Shown: piece by piece, positions 8,711 to 18,079 of the stretch
Numbering within the stretch: the stretch's first letter is position 1
How the letters are laid out: each line of letters starts with the position of its first letter
Virus record (IMG/VR): IMGVR_UViG_3300021371_000014
Location: 1-63,139 of that record
Direction: 5' to 3' (one strand)
Source of the DNA: a virus
Taxonomy: Duplodnaviria; Caudoviricetes
DNA length: 63,139 nt
Translations under genes and position numbers: made by a program
Notes under the pieces: model-generated
Told to the model about the DNA's origin: nothing
Databases searched by the model: none
Seen by the model: only the letters and a program-made list of their open reading frames with translations

Positions 8711-10696
8711 ATGTCAATAAAAATTGATAAAAACAAAGACGACCTATTAACTGACTATGCAATAGGTATGCTCAAAGACTTCTATATGAAAGATCACGAA
8801 ACCTCTCCTCAAGAAGCTTTCGCGCGCGCGTCACGCGCTTGGTCAATTTATAGAGAAGAATTAGATGAAGCTCTAGCCAATCGTCTTTATGAATATGTAA
8901 GTAATAAGTGGTTTATGTTTGCTAGTCCAGTATTATCAAATGCACCAAATGGGAATGCAAAGGATAAGGGTCTGCCAATCTCGTGTTTTCTTACATATGT
9001 GCCAGATACTTTAGAAGGACTTATTAGTCATTCTTCTGAACTAAGGTGGCTTTCCGTTTTAGGTGGTGGTGTCGGTGGCCATTGGTCTGATGTTCGAACA
9101 GTGTCAGATAAAGCACCAGGTCCTTTACCATTCTTACATACTGTTGATGCTGATATGATTGCGTATCGACAGGGTAAGACACGCAAAGGATCTTATGCTG
9201 CATATATGGATGTCTCTCACCCAGATATATCTGAATTCTTAAATATGAGGATTCCAACCGGTGATGTTCAACGTAAAGCATTAAATTTACATAATGCTAT
9301 TAATATCACAGATGCATTCATGAATGCCGTGATAAATAATGAAAATTGGGATTTAATTGATCCTGGCTCAGATAAAATATCTGAAACTGTTAATGCACGT
9401 AAACTTTGGGAAAGAATCATTGAAGTTCGCTTTAGAACCGGTGAGCCCTATTTGAATTTTATTGATGAAGCAAATAGGCATCTTCCTCAAAGTTTAAAAG
9501 ATTTAGGTTTAAAAATCAATGGTTCAAATCTTTGTAATGAAATTCATTTACCTACCGCTGCTGATCGTACAGCGGTCTGTTGCTTATCATCTCTCAATTT
9601 GGAGTACTATGAAGAGTGGAAAAATACCACTATTGTCGAAGATCTCGTCACGATGTTGGACAACGTACTTGAGTACTTTATTGAAAATGCACCAGATGAA
9701 ATTGAGCGTGCTCGCAATAGTGCATACAGAGAACGATCGATTGGCCTGGGAGCGATGGGCTTCCATTCATTACTCCACAAACATGGAGTCGCTTGGGAAT
9801 CTGAAAAAGCTCAAGAAATTAATAAAGTTGTTTTTTCTAATATTCAAGCAAAAGCTATTGCTCAATCTGAAAAACTTGCACTAGAAAGAGGAGAATACCC
9901 AGATGGACTTGGTACCGGCTTACGTTTCGCTCATTTATTGGCAATTGCTCCTAATGCAAGTTCTGGGGTTATCCTGTCCACATCACCAAGTATCGAGCCT
10001 CTCAAGGCAAATGCGTATACACATCGAACAAGAGCAGGCTCGTTTCTTGTAAAGAATAAATATTTAGAAGACGTTCTATCTGCGCATGGTATAAATAATG
10101 ATACTACCTGGACATCAATTATTACTAATAAAGGATCGGTTCAACACTTGCCTGAGCTCACCGAAGGCGAAAAAGCGATATTTAAGACTGCGCAGGAACT
10201 TGATCAAACTTGGGTCGTGCAGCATGCCGCAGATCGACAACCATTTATCTGCCAGGGCCAATCGGTTAATCTCTTCTTCCCAGCTGGTGCAAAAAAATCT
10301 TATGTTAATAGGGTACATATTAAAGCATGGAAGGAAAAGCTTAAAGGATTATATTACCTCCGCACGGAAGCTAAATCACGTGCTGAGAATGTATCAGAGA
10401 AAGTCGAAAGAGTTGCACTCCAAGACGATAATAGAACACTAGTATACGGAAAGGCGGATTGTCCGTTTTGCGCTAAAGCAAAAGAAGAGCTGTCAATCAG
10501 AGGAATTCATTACGAATATATTGATTTGAAAGAAATTGGAAAGACTGCCGCTGAAGTTACTGGCAGACCAGTTAAAACTGTTCCACAAATTTATATGGAA
10601 GGGTCTTATATCGGTGGTTATGATGAATTAATGCAATTTTTAAATCGATCAATTAACATAGAGAGCGGCGAAGAATGCCGTGCGTGTGAGGGATAA
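8711..10696 (+). CDS. nrdA: Class Ia ribonucleotide reductase alpha subunit with fused glutaredoxin domain
   Basis: PISCF, GSNLCNEI, AVCCLSS, APNASS, GLYYLR, C-terminal CRACEG; Grx CPFC...TVPQI...IGGYDEL; no N-terminal ATP cone. Confidence 0.95.
   Translation: MSIKIDKNKDDLLTDYAIGMLKDFYMKDHETSPQEAFARASRAWSIYREELDEALANRLYEYVSNKWFMFASPVLSNAPNGNAKDKGLPISCFLTYVPDTLEGLISHSSELRWLSVLGGGVGGHWSDVRTVSDKAPGPLPFLHTVDADMIAYRQGKTRKGSYAAYMDVSHPDISEFLNMRIPTGDVQRKALNLHNAINITDAFMNAVINNENWDLIDPGSDKISETVNARKLWERIIEVRFRTGEPYLNFIDEANRHLPQSLKDLGLKINGSNLCNEIHLPTAADRTAVCCLSSLNLEYYEEWKNTTIVEDLVTMLDNVLEYFIENAPDEIERARNSAYRERSIGLGAMGFHSLLHKHGVAWESEKAQEINKVVFSNIQAKAIAQSEKLALERGEYPDGLGTGLRFAHLLAIAPNASSGVILSTSPSIEPLKANAYTHRTRAGSFLVKNKYLEDVLSAHGINNDTTWTSIITNKGSVQHLPELTEGEKAIFKTAQELDQTWVVQHAADRQPFICQGQSVNLFFPAGAKKSYVNRVHIKAWKEKLKGLYYLRTEAKSRAENVSEKVERVALQDDNRTLVYGKADCPFCAKAKEELSIRGIHYEYIDLKEIGKTAAEVTGRPVKTVPQIYMEGSYIGGYDELMQFLNRSINIESGEECRACEG
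10090..10097 (+). promoter_or_regulatory. Possible late promoter inside nrdA
   Basis: Exact TATAAATA about 600 nt upstream of the adhesin-like genes. Confidence 0.35.
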
Positions 10697-10698
10697 AT

Positions 10699-12411
10699 AT
10701 GTCTAGAAGAATACGTGGATTTTCTAAACTAGCAAATTCGGTAAATCCAAATGGAAAATTAGATAGAGAAGCTATCGGTGGAGGATTGCAAGTTGGCGGG
10801 ATTGGATCTTCTGTTTCCACCATTGATAATTTGCCTTTAGTAGGTAATTCAATTGGTGATATGACGTTTGTGGAAAGCACAGACTCGTTATATGTTTGGA
10901 AAAATGGATGGTATAGTGTTGCAATAGTCAATGAACCTCCAACTGCAATTTCGGGGAATGCTGCATCGTATGATTTAGCTCCTGGCACTCCATTAGTAAT
11001 CACCTTAACATCTACTGATCCGGATGGATTGCCGTTAAGCTGGAGCTATACGGGCGATCCGGCCGGAGTTGCGTCTATTTCGCAGAATGAAAATATATTT
11101 ACTATAACACCAAGTGCTAGTACGGCCGGAGCTTTTAGTTTAACCTTTACTGCAACCGATGGAGTAAATGAAGAAACTAGTATAAGTTCATTTAGTCTTG
11201 TCCTTGGACCTGATTGGAACACGCTAACAGCCGCGGGTTCTAAAGATCGCGGTGGGTACACTAATTTACGGTATGGTAGTAGACTAGCCGGTACTGATGG
11301 CCATATAGTTGTAGGTACACCGGAAATTGGAAATATTGGTTTCGGTGCTTACTCTGGTGAGGTGACAGCATATACATGGGGTTTGGTAGCATGGAAAACT
11401 TATGGATGGGTTAGTCATCAAATTATTCCGAATAACTTAGGTGGATCAGACTTTTTTGGGTTTAGCGTGGCTGCAACTGGAACAGGAACCGATGCACGAA
11501 TCGCAGCGGGTGCACCATATGAAGATTCTGGCGCAAACGGGGCCGGTTCGGTTTATATCTTCAATTGGAATGGGTCTAATTGGAATCAAGAAGCTCAAGT
11601 CCAAGCGACAGATAAGCAAAATAGTGATTATTTTGGTATGGGTGTAGATATGGATGGTGATATATTAGTGGTAGGAGCGCCATATGATGATGATGCCGGC
11701 ACGAATGGGGGATCAACATATCTATTTAATCGAGTAAATAACAGCTGGCAGCAATCTTTCAAAGTAGTCGGGCGTGAGACTGGTAATCTGTGGGGAATGC
11801 ATGTAAGAGTTTCAGAATCAGAACAATGTTTTGCGACTGGCTCAAATAGCGCTTATACAACCGGTGAAGTAAGAATATTTAGAACACACAGTTATCCGAG
11901 TAATTACGAATTAGCTGCTATTAGACCATACACTAGTTCATCTGACTTAGAATATTTTGGCCGATACTTTGATATGGATGGTGGTACAATTGCTATTTCC
12001 GGGAAGTATGTGCCCACTAATAGATGGAAGGTGTGGGTATATATTAGAACTGCAGATAAAGCTTGGTCCTTACAACAAGTTCTAGAAGGAGATGATTCAA
12101 ATGCTTTATTCGGGTATGCCGGATATGGTCATTCATCGCCAATACATCTAACAGGCGATCATTTGTGGATCGGCGCTACGAATGAAAATCCAAATGGCCA
12201 AGGATTTGTCTATAAATTTGAAAGAAGTGGTTCAACCTGGACTAGGACAGATAAATTTAATCTTTTGACTACTTCAGATGATAAAGGTTTTGGTAGCAGT
12301 ATTACTACTGCGCAGAATGGCTCGGCTGGAATTTTAGCAGTAAGTACACCAGAAGCTAAAGTGAGTAACATAGCCAATTCCGGTAAAGTGCGTTTCTGGA
12401 AGACAACATAA
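10699..12411 (+). CDS. Virion accessory protein: shared N-module, Ig/cadherin-like domain, FG-GAP beta-propeller
   Basis: STDPDG; FG-GAP repeats (FGFSVA...AGAPYED...GSVYIF; YFGMGVDMDGDILVVGAPYDD). Confidence 0.8.
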   Translation: MSRRIRGFSKLANSVNPNGKLDREAIGGGLQVGGIGSSVSTIDNLPLVGNSIGDMTFVESTDSLYVWKNGWYSVAIVNEPPTAISGNAASYDLAPGTPLVITLTSTDPDGLPLSWSYTGDPAGVASISQNENIFTITPSASTAGAFSLTFTATDGVNEETSISSFSLVLGPDWNTLTAAGSKDRGGYTNLRYGSRLAGTDGHIVVGTPEIGNIGFGAYSGEVTAYTWGLVAWKTYGWVSHQIIPNNLGGSDFFGFSVAATGTGTDARIAAGAPYEDSGANGAGSVYIFNWNGSNWNQEAQVQATDKQNSDYFGMGVDMDGDILVVGAPYDDDAGTNGGSTYLFNRVNNSWQQSFKVVGRETGNLWGMHVRVSESEQCFATGSNSAYTTGEVRIFRTHSYPSNYELAAIRPYTSSSDLEYFGRYFDMDGGTIAISGKYVPTNRWKVWVYIRTADKAWSLQQVLEGDDSNALFGYAGYGHSSPIHLTGDHLWIGATNENPNGQGFVYKFERSGSTWTRTDKFNLLTTSDDKGFGSSITTAQNGSAGILAVSTPEAKVSNIANSGKVRFWKTT

Positions 12412-12423
12412 GAGAGATAAAAA

Positions 12424-14151
12424 ATGTCAAGTAGAAGTAGAAGATTTGCAAAATTTTTATCATCGGTTAATGCGTCTGGAAATATAAGTACAGAAAGCTT
12501 AGGCGGTGATATCGAAGTCGGAAAAATTAGTGCAGTTACATCTGTATCAGATTTTCCAGAAAATCCTCTGGTAGGCGATATTGCATTTGCTAGCGAATCA
12601 AATGAAATATACATTCGAGGATCTAATGCGTGGTATAATATTGCAACAATTAATACAACTCCAACTATAACGTCTGAGGCTGACGCGTCATACGCTCTAT
12701 CATCAGATGGTACACCGACAGTCGTAACTTTATCTGCAACTGATCCAGAAGGCGTACCAATCACTTGGTCGCACACCGTAACATCTGGAGTATTAGGTGA
12801 AACTACTATCACGAATGTAGATAATGTATTTACTATTACACCATCAACCAATGAAGCTGATGTTGGTTCATTTGGTGTTTCATTTATTGCATCTGATGGT
12901 GTTAACTCTGCAGTATCATCAAGTTCATTCACTCTACAATTTGCTATAGATTGGTCAACAATTTCTGAACAAGCTAAGATATACCCGGCTAACCATGGAG
13001 ATGGTGACACGTTTGGAGAATCGATTGATATAGATGGTGATATAGCTGTCGTTGGAGCAGTCGGAGATGATGGAGAGGGTAACAGTTATCTTTCAGCAGG
13101 TGCTGCTTACGTATATACGAGATCTGGATCTACATGGACAGAACAAGCCTTGCTTCGGCCTTCTGATATATCTGGTGGTGAGAGTTTTGGACATAAAGTA
13201 TGTGTTGATGGAAACACTATTGCGGTATCAGCCCCCTTTAAAACAGTATCCGGTCAAACATTTGCAGGTGCTGTGTATATATACACAACTGCGGACAATG
13301 GTGCTACATGGACTGAACAACAAAAAATAGTCGCATCAAATCCGGGAGGCGCTGATTATTTTGGCTTTGGTTTAGGGCTATCCGGGGACTTACTTGTCGC
13401 AAGTGCGCATGCAGAAGATACTTACGGGTCTAACGCGGGTAGTGCGTATGTATTTAAAAGAACTGGTGCTACATGGGCCCAGCAGCAACAATTGGGTGGT
13501 GCTGACACAGTCGGTAATGATCAATTTGGATTTTCAGTCGCAATTAGTAATGATACAATAGCCATTGGTGCAAGAAATGAAGATAACGACTTGGTGGCAA
13601 CTGTAAGTAACTGTGGTGCTGTATACGTCTTCACAACTTCAGATAACGGCTCTACATGGACTCAACAAGACAAGTTTGTATCATCAACTCCAACAAGCAC
13701 CGAGCAGTTTGGTTCAGCAGTTGACATACATGGAGATACTATTGTTGTTGGGGCATATCAGTCAAACTCTCAACGAGGAGCTGGATGGATCTTTACAAGA
13801 TCAGGTTCTACATGGACTCAACGAGTAAAATTAACACCGTCTGTCGCGGTTGGTGCCTACTTTGGAGAGCAGGTAGCAATAGATAAAGAGAATGGTAATG
13901 TTGTGGTCATTGGTGCACCTAGAGAACACATATCAGGGCTTGCAGATGTGGGATGCGCGTTTGTATACAGCACCGCGGACGGAGGATTAACATGGACGGA
14001 AGACAAGAAAATAACATCTTCTGATGGAGTTGCAAATGATTTCTTTGGTAGTAGTGTAGGCATTAATGGCAACACTGTTATGGTAGGTGCAACACACGAT
14101 GACACCCCAGAGAATTATGCTGGTGCAGCATATATCTTTACAGCCCAATAA
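12424..14151 (+). CDS. Virion accessory protein: shared N-module, Ig/cadherin-like domain, about 7 FG-GAP repeats
   Basis: ATDPEG; repeated FGxSVxIxGDTxVVGA...GAAYVY...WTEQ blades. Confidence 0.85.
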   Translation: MSSRSRRFAKFLSSVNASGNISTESLGGDIEVGKISAVTSVSDFPENPLVGDIAFASESNEIYIRGSNAWYNIATINTTPTITSEADASYALSSDGTPTVVTLSATDPEGVPITWSHTVTSGVLGETTITNVDNVFTITPSTNEADVGSFGVSFIASDGVNSAVSSSSFTLQFAIDWSTISEQAKIYPANHGDGDTFGESIDIDGDIAVVGAVGDDGEGNSYLSAGAAYVYTRSGSTWTEQALLRPSDISGGESFGHKVCVDGNTIAVSAPFKTVSGQTFAGAVYIYTTADNGATWTEQQKIVASNPGGADYFGFGLGLSGDLLVASAHAEDTYGSNAGSAYVFKRTGATWAQQQQLGGADTVGNDQFGFSVAISNDTIAIGARNEDNDLVATVSNCGAVYVFTTSDNGSTWTQQDKFVSSTPTSTEQFGSAVDIHGDTIVVGAYQSNSQRGAGWIFTRSGSTWTQRVKLTPSVAVGAYFGEQVAIDKENGNVVVIGAPREHISGLADVGCAFVYSTADGGLTWTEDKKITSSDGVANDFFGSSVGINGNTVMVGATHDDTPENYAGAAYIFTAQ

Positions 14152-14164
14152 AAGGAATAATCAA

Positions 14165-14398
14165 ATGAGAAAAAACAGACTCTTTGCAAAGTTATCCGGT
14201 AGTATTACAGTTGAAGGAAAATTGCCTTCAACTGCTTTAGAATCGGATATCGATCTTGCCACTATGGATGTAGTTTCATCTGCATCTGGTTTATCAATAA
14301 CTCCAGATATAGGCGAATTAGCCTTTGTCGAAGAAACAAATAAGTTATATCTGTGGAATGATTCTGCGTGGTATCGTATTCCTCTTACACCTCAATAA
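14165..14398 (+). CDS. Small protein consisting only of the shared N-terminal module (77 aa)
   Basis: ATG 14165 after AAGGA; MRKNRLFAKL...IGELAFVEETNKLYLWNDSAWY. Confidence 0.7.
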   Translation: MRKNRLFAKLSGSITVEGKLPSTALESDIDLATMDVVSSASGLSITPDIGELAFVEETNKLYLWNDSAWYRIPLTPQ

Positions 14399-14407
14399 GG
14401 TAAATTT

Positions 14408-15364
14408 ATGCTAACAGAATTTTCAAAGACTTACAAACCGTTTATATATCCATGGGCGGTAGAACTGACGAAGAAGCACGAAGAGATCCACTGGGTTGAA
14501 GATGAAGCCGAATTATCAGAAGATGTGCAGGATTGGAGAACCAAATTATCAGATTCCGAAAAAGAATTTGTGACACAGGTTCTTCGTTTATTTACTCAAT
14601 CCGACGTTCAAGTTGGTGAGAATTATCATGAACTATTGATTCCTAAATTTAAAAATAATGAAGTGCGCAATATGTTATCATCATTCGCTAATCGCGAAGG
14701 TGTGCACCAAAGAGCATATGCGTTATTAAATGATACACTTGGATTACCAGATGAAGACTTTCATGCATTTCTTGAGTATAAAGAAATGGCTGATAAAGTT
14801 GATTTCATGAAGCAGGGTAATATTAATTCTCATACTGGAGTTGCACTCGCCCTGGCTCAGTCGGTTTTTAATGAAGGCCTTGCGGTATTTGCATCTTTCG
14901 TCATGTTATTAAATTTTCAACGTTTTGGTAAAATGAAAGGAATGGGTACTATCGTTGAATGGTCTATTCGCGATGAGACTTTGCATGTACAGGGTAATTC
15001 AAAATTGTTTAGAGAATTCTGTGAAGAAAAGCCGCGTATTGTTAATGATGAACTAAAATCACAAATTTACGTTATGGCTAAAAACGCAGTAAAGCTTGAA
15101 GACAAGTTTATTGATCTAGCATTTAACGGTCATGAGATTCAAGGTTTGACAAAGGAAGAAGTAAAAGCATATATTAGACATATTGCAGATCGTCGATTGT
15201 TGCAGCTGGGTATGAAGCCTAAATTTAAGCAAAAGGATAATCCACTACCTTGGCTAGATTGGGTACTCAATGGTGCATCACATGATAACTTTTTCGAGAA
15301 ACGCGTTACAGAATATTCTGTTAATGGTATGGAAGGTGACTGGGGCTGGGAAAGAGTTGCATGA
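14408..15364 (+). CDS. nrdB: Class Ia ribonucleotide reductase beta subunit
   Basis: FTQSD, EGVHQRAY (radical Tyr), FNEG, RDETLH, NFFEKRVTEY. Confidence 0.95.
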   Translation: MLTEFSKTYKPFIYPWAVELTKKHEEIHWVEDEAELSEDVQDWRTKLSDSEKEFVTQVLRLFTQSDVQVGENYHELLIPKFKNNEVRNMLSSFANREGVHQRAYALLNDTLGLPDEDFHAFLEYKEMADKVDFMKQGNINSHTGVALALAQSVFNEGLAVFASFVMLLNFQRFGKMKGMGTIVEWSIRDETLHVQGNSKLFREFCEEKPRIVNDELKSQIYVMAKNAVKLEDKFIDLAFNGHEIQGLTKEEVKAYIRHIADRRLLQLGMKPKFKQKDNPLPWLDWVLNGASHDNFFEKRVTEYSVNGMEGDWGWERVA

Positions 15365-15495
15365 AGCAGTATAGAATTTTATGTGAAGAATGCGACTTCG
15401 AAACTCACCTAGTTGCAGAAGAAAATGCTGAAATTGAATTTTGTCCATGCTGCGGCCGGCGCGCAATGCCAGAAGAATTGACTGAAGAAGATTAA
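15361..15495 (+). CDS. Small zinc-ribbon protein (44 aa, not in ORF track)
   Basis: MKQYRILCEECDF...FCPCCGRR; ATGA and TAATG coupling to neighbours. Confidence 0.7.
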   Translation: MKQYRILCEECDFETHLVAEENAEIEFCPCCGRRAMPEELTEED

Positions 15496-15896
15496 TGTGG
15501 TTTTATGAAGGAAAGGAATACTGCACAGCCCCTGAAGAATACCAGGGGTTTGTGTACCAGATCACGGAAATCGATACCGGCAAAAAATACATCGGTAAGA
15601 AATTTTTCTGGAAACCCAAAACCCTACCTATTACTAAAACTCGGAAAAGACGCGTCAAGACTCGTGTCGAATCAGACTGGCTTAATTATTTTGGGTCCAA
15701 CAAAGAAGTACAGGCTCTAGTAGAATCAAAGGGAATAGATAACTATAGAAGAGAAATACTACGTCTTTGTAAAACCAAAGGCGAGTGTTCTTATTATGAA
15801 GCTAAACTACAATTTGAACATGATGTCCTTCTTAGTGATGAATACTATAACGAATTCATTGGATGTAAAATTCATTCCAAACATATTAGAAAATAA
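15495..15896 (+). CDS. GIY-YIG family nuclease
   Basis: GFVYQIT...KYIGKK; YFGS; REIL...E. Confidence 0.75.
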   Translation: MWFYEGKEYCTAPEEYQGFVYQITEIDTGKKYIGKKFFWKPKTLPITKTRKRRVKTRVESDWLNYFGSNKEVQALVESKGIDNYRREILRLCKTKGECSYYEAKLQFEHDVLLSDEYYNEFIGCKIHSKHIRK

Positions 15897-15898
15897 TT

Positions 15899-15928
15899 GT
15901 TTACTTTTGCGTCAAGCCGTGGTATAAT
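15899..15928 (+). promoter_or_regulatory. Early promoter
   Basis: GTTTAC-N18-TATAAT. Confidence 0.75.
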
Positions 15929-15957
15929 AGTAGAGTTATAGCAAAGGCGGATAGTAT

Positions 15958-16806
15958 ATGATTATTATTGACTTCAGTGGTATTGCAATAAGTAGTATTG
16001 CTGTACAAAAAACTCTTGATGAAAATATGATTCGTCATATGATTCTTAACTCTATCAGGATGTATCGATCTAAATTCTTTAAAGACTACGGTGAAGTTAT
16101 TATTGCTGCTGATGGCCCTAATAACTGGCGCCGCGGTGCATTTCCTCAATATAAAGCTTCACGCAGAAAGGGTAGGGGAGAATCGGACTTTGATTGGAAT
16201 GAAGCTTTCCGTATACTCAATATGGTTAGAGAAGAAATTAAAGAAAACTTTCCATACAAAGTCATCCATGAAGATGGGTGCGAAGCCGATGATATCATCG
16301 GTACTCTAGCACAAAACACTCAAGAGTTTGGTAACTATGAGCCAGTTATGATTATTTCGGCTGACGGTGACTTTAAGCAATTGCAACAATATGATAACGT
16401 CAAGCAATTTTCTCCACTATTTAAAAAGTTCGTGGTCGATGACCATCCGCGCTTAAATCTTGCAGAAAAAATTATTAAAGGCGATAAGGGCGATGGCGTA
16501 CCTAATATCCTATCTGATGACAATGTTTTTGTCGAAGAATTGCGTCAAACACCAGTTACAAAGAAAAAGCTTAATGAAGTATTAAATCACCTAGATACTC
16601 CAGACGCGCCTGAACCAGTATGGTGGAGAAATTTCCAACGGAATGAATTATTGATTGATTTAACTAAAACACCTAATCATCTTAAAGAAAATATATTGAC
16701 TTCTTTTACCGAACAAGATCAATGGGGCAATAAAGGTAAGGTACTTCCTTACTTAATAAATAAGAAATGTAAACTACTAATTGAATGTATTGAGGAATTT
16801 ATCTAA
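15958..16806 (+). CDS. rnh: T4-type RNase H / 5'-3' exonuclease
   Basis: IIIDFS, WRR..FPQYKASR, EADDIIG, ISADGDFKQL, GDKGDGVPN. Confidence 0.9.
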   Translation: MIIIDFSGIAISSIAVQKTLDENMIRHMILNSIRMYRSKFFKDYGEVIIAADGPNNWRRGAFPQYKASRRKGRGESDFDWNEAFRILNMVREEIKENFPYKVIHEDGCEADDIIGTLAQNTQEFGNYEPVMIISADGDFKQLQQYDNVKQFSPLFKKFVVDDHPRLNLAEKIIKGDKGDGVPNILSDDNVFVEELRQTPVTKKKLNEVLNHLDTPDAPEPVWWRNFQRNELLIDLTKTPNHLKENILTSFTEQDQWGNKGKVLPYLINKKCKLLIECIEEFI

Positions 16807-17228
16807 TGGCGATGAAACTATTACCATACGAAATTTTTAAAAAAATGAGAAGCGCTAAGTCTAAAGAAAGGTGTATCGAAATTTTAAAAGAAAACGAATC
16901 GTGGGCTTTAAAGGATTTAATTCGAGGAGCATTGGATTCTACTATTCAGTGGAATCTTCCGGAAGGAGAAGCACCATATACTCCAGCACCAGCTCACTCT
17001 GCACCAACAACAATTCTTAAAGAGCATAAGCGCTTTGGTTATTTTGCAAAAGGTGGCCCGGGCGATAAGCTTCCGGCATTTAAAAGAGAAAATATTTTTA
17101 TTAGTATCTTAGAAGGCATTCATCCAGAAGATGCAAAAATTGTAGCTGACATGGTGAATAAAAAAGTTCAGAAACCTGTTACTAGGCCTATGGTCAATGA
17201 AGCGTTTCCTGGTTTACTTAAAGACTAA
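16806..17228 (+). CDS. Conserved T4-like hypothetical protein (rnh-adjacent)
   Basis: LPEGEAPY...KRENIFISILEGIHPEDA. Confidence 0.7.
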   Translation: MAMKLLPYEIFKKMRSAKSKERCIEILKENESWALKDLIRGALDSTIQWNLPEGEAPYTPAPAHSAPTTILKEHKRFGYFAKGGPGDKLPAFKRENIFISILEGIHPEDAKIVADMVNKKVQKPVTRPMVNEAFPGLLKD

Positions 17229-17241
17229 AATATGGTATAAT
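17212..17241 (+). promoter_or_regulatory. Early promoter
   Basis: GTTTAC-N18-TATAAT, 7 nt before the ATG at 17249 (possibly near-leaderless). Confidence 0.65.
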
Positions 17242-17248
17242 ATACATT

Positions 17249-17935
17249 ATGAATCTTTTTATACTTGACAAAAATCCTGAGCGTGCAGCTCAAGCTCAAT
17301 GCGACAAACATGTCGTTAAAATGATTGTTGAGTCTGCACAAATGTTATCAACCGCACACCGCATGCTCGACGGTACACTCGAAAAGCGCTTATCATCTAC
17401 TGGCAAAACTCAAGTTAAATATTGGAAACTTGATGATAATCGCGAAGATCACTTGTACAAAGCATGTCACACCGGCCATCCGTGTACAAAATGGACTATG
17501 GAAACTCATTTAAACTATCAATGGCACGTAGTACATTTTGTAGCTCTTTGCGCCGAGTATTCTTATCGGTATGGCAAAAAGCATAAGACAATGGATCTTA
17601 TTCCGTTCTTACGAAATCTTCCTAAAAATATTCCGCAAGGCGGCTTAACTGAATTTCGGTTAGCAATGAAAAGTAATCCCGAATGTATTTTTGAAGACGA
17701 TCCAGTTAAATCTTATCGTGAATTCTATAAAACAAAGAAAGATCGTTTCGCTATGAATTGGACTAAACGCCCTATTCCGGAATGGTTTGTAGAAAAGCAA
17801 CCAGAAGTAAATGAATGGGAGGATGGAGAATATGGTAATCCAGAACCAGAGCCAAAGACAAAGCGTAAAAGAAAAAGTAAATCAAAGAATGAATCAGTTA
17901 CAGTCAATGATGGAGGCGAATACGCATCTGGATAA
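17249..17935 (+). CDS. Pyrimidine-dimer DNA glycosylase (DenV/Pyr_excise-like)
   Basis: MNLFILD..P..AA...CDKHVVKMIVESAQMLSTAH; HPCTKW; EYSYRYGKKH. Confidence 0.75.
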   Translation: MNLFILDKNPERAAQAQCDKHVVKMIVESAQMLSTAHRMLDGTLEKRLSSTGKTQVKYWKLDDNREDHLYKACHTGHPCTKWTMETHLNYQWHVVHFVALCAEYSYRYGKKHKTMDLIPFLRNLPKNIPQGGLTEFRLAMKSNPECIFEDDPVKSYREFYKTKKDRFAMNWTKRPIPEWFVEKQPEVNEWEDGEYGNPEPEPKTKRKRKSKSKNESVTVNDGGEYASG

Positions 17936-18068
17936 GCAACATGAAGTCATAGAGCATATAGAAAGTGTATCTAAATTCTGGTCTGTATTGAACGATGAAG
18001 ATAAAGATTATATTCATGCAGCTAGATATGCAATAGAATACCAGACCAAATGGGAAATTAATGAATAG
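17811..18068 (+). CDS. Hypothetical protein (start uncertain; overlaps upstream gene)
   Basis: Fills the gap to 18080; WSVLNDEDKDYI. Confidence 0.5.
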   Translation: MNGRMENMVIQNQSQRQSVKEKVNQRMNQLQSMMEANTHLDKQHEVIEHIESVSKFWSVLNDEDKDYIHAARYAIEYQTKWEINE

Positions 18069-18079
18069 GAGATATTCAA

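Noticed and set aside
12210-13010. 266-aa minus-strand ORF and other short antisense or alternate-frame ORFs inside long genes (e.g. 2065, 10653, 42642, 48469, 32432)
   Set aside because: Almost wholly nested in well-supported genes on another frame or strand; no recognisable motifs.
8711-15364. Introns or inteins in nrdA/nrdB
   Set aside because: Both ORFs are continuous with all motifs; the extra NrdA segment is a glutaredoxin without intein C/HN termini.
15495-15896. GIY-YIG ORF as a mobile homing endonuclease next to nrdB
   Set aside because: Only 133 aa with no DNA-binding tail, translationally coupled in the operon, and no intron context.
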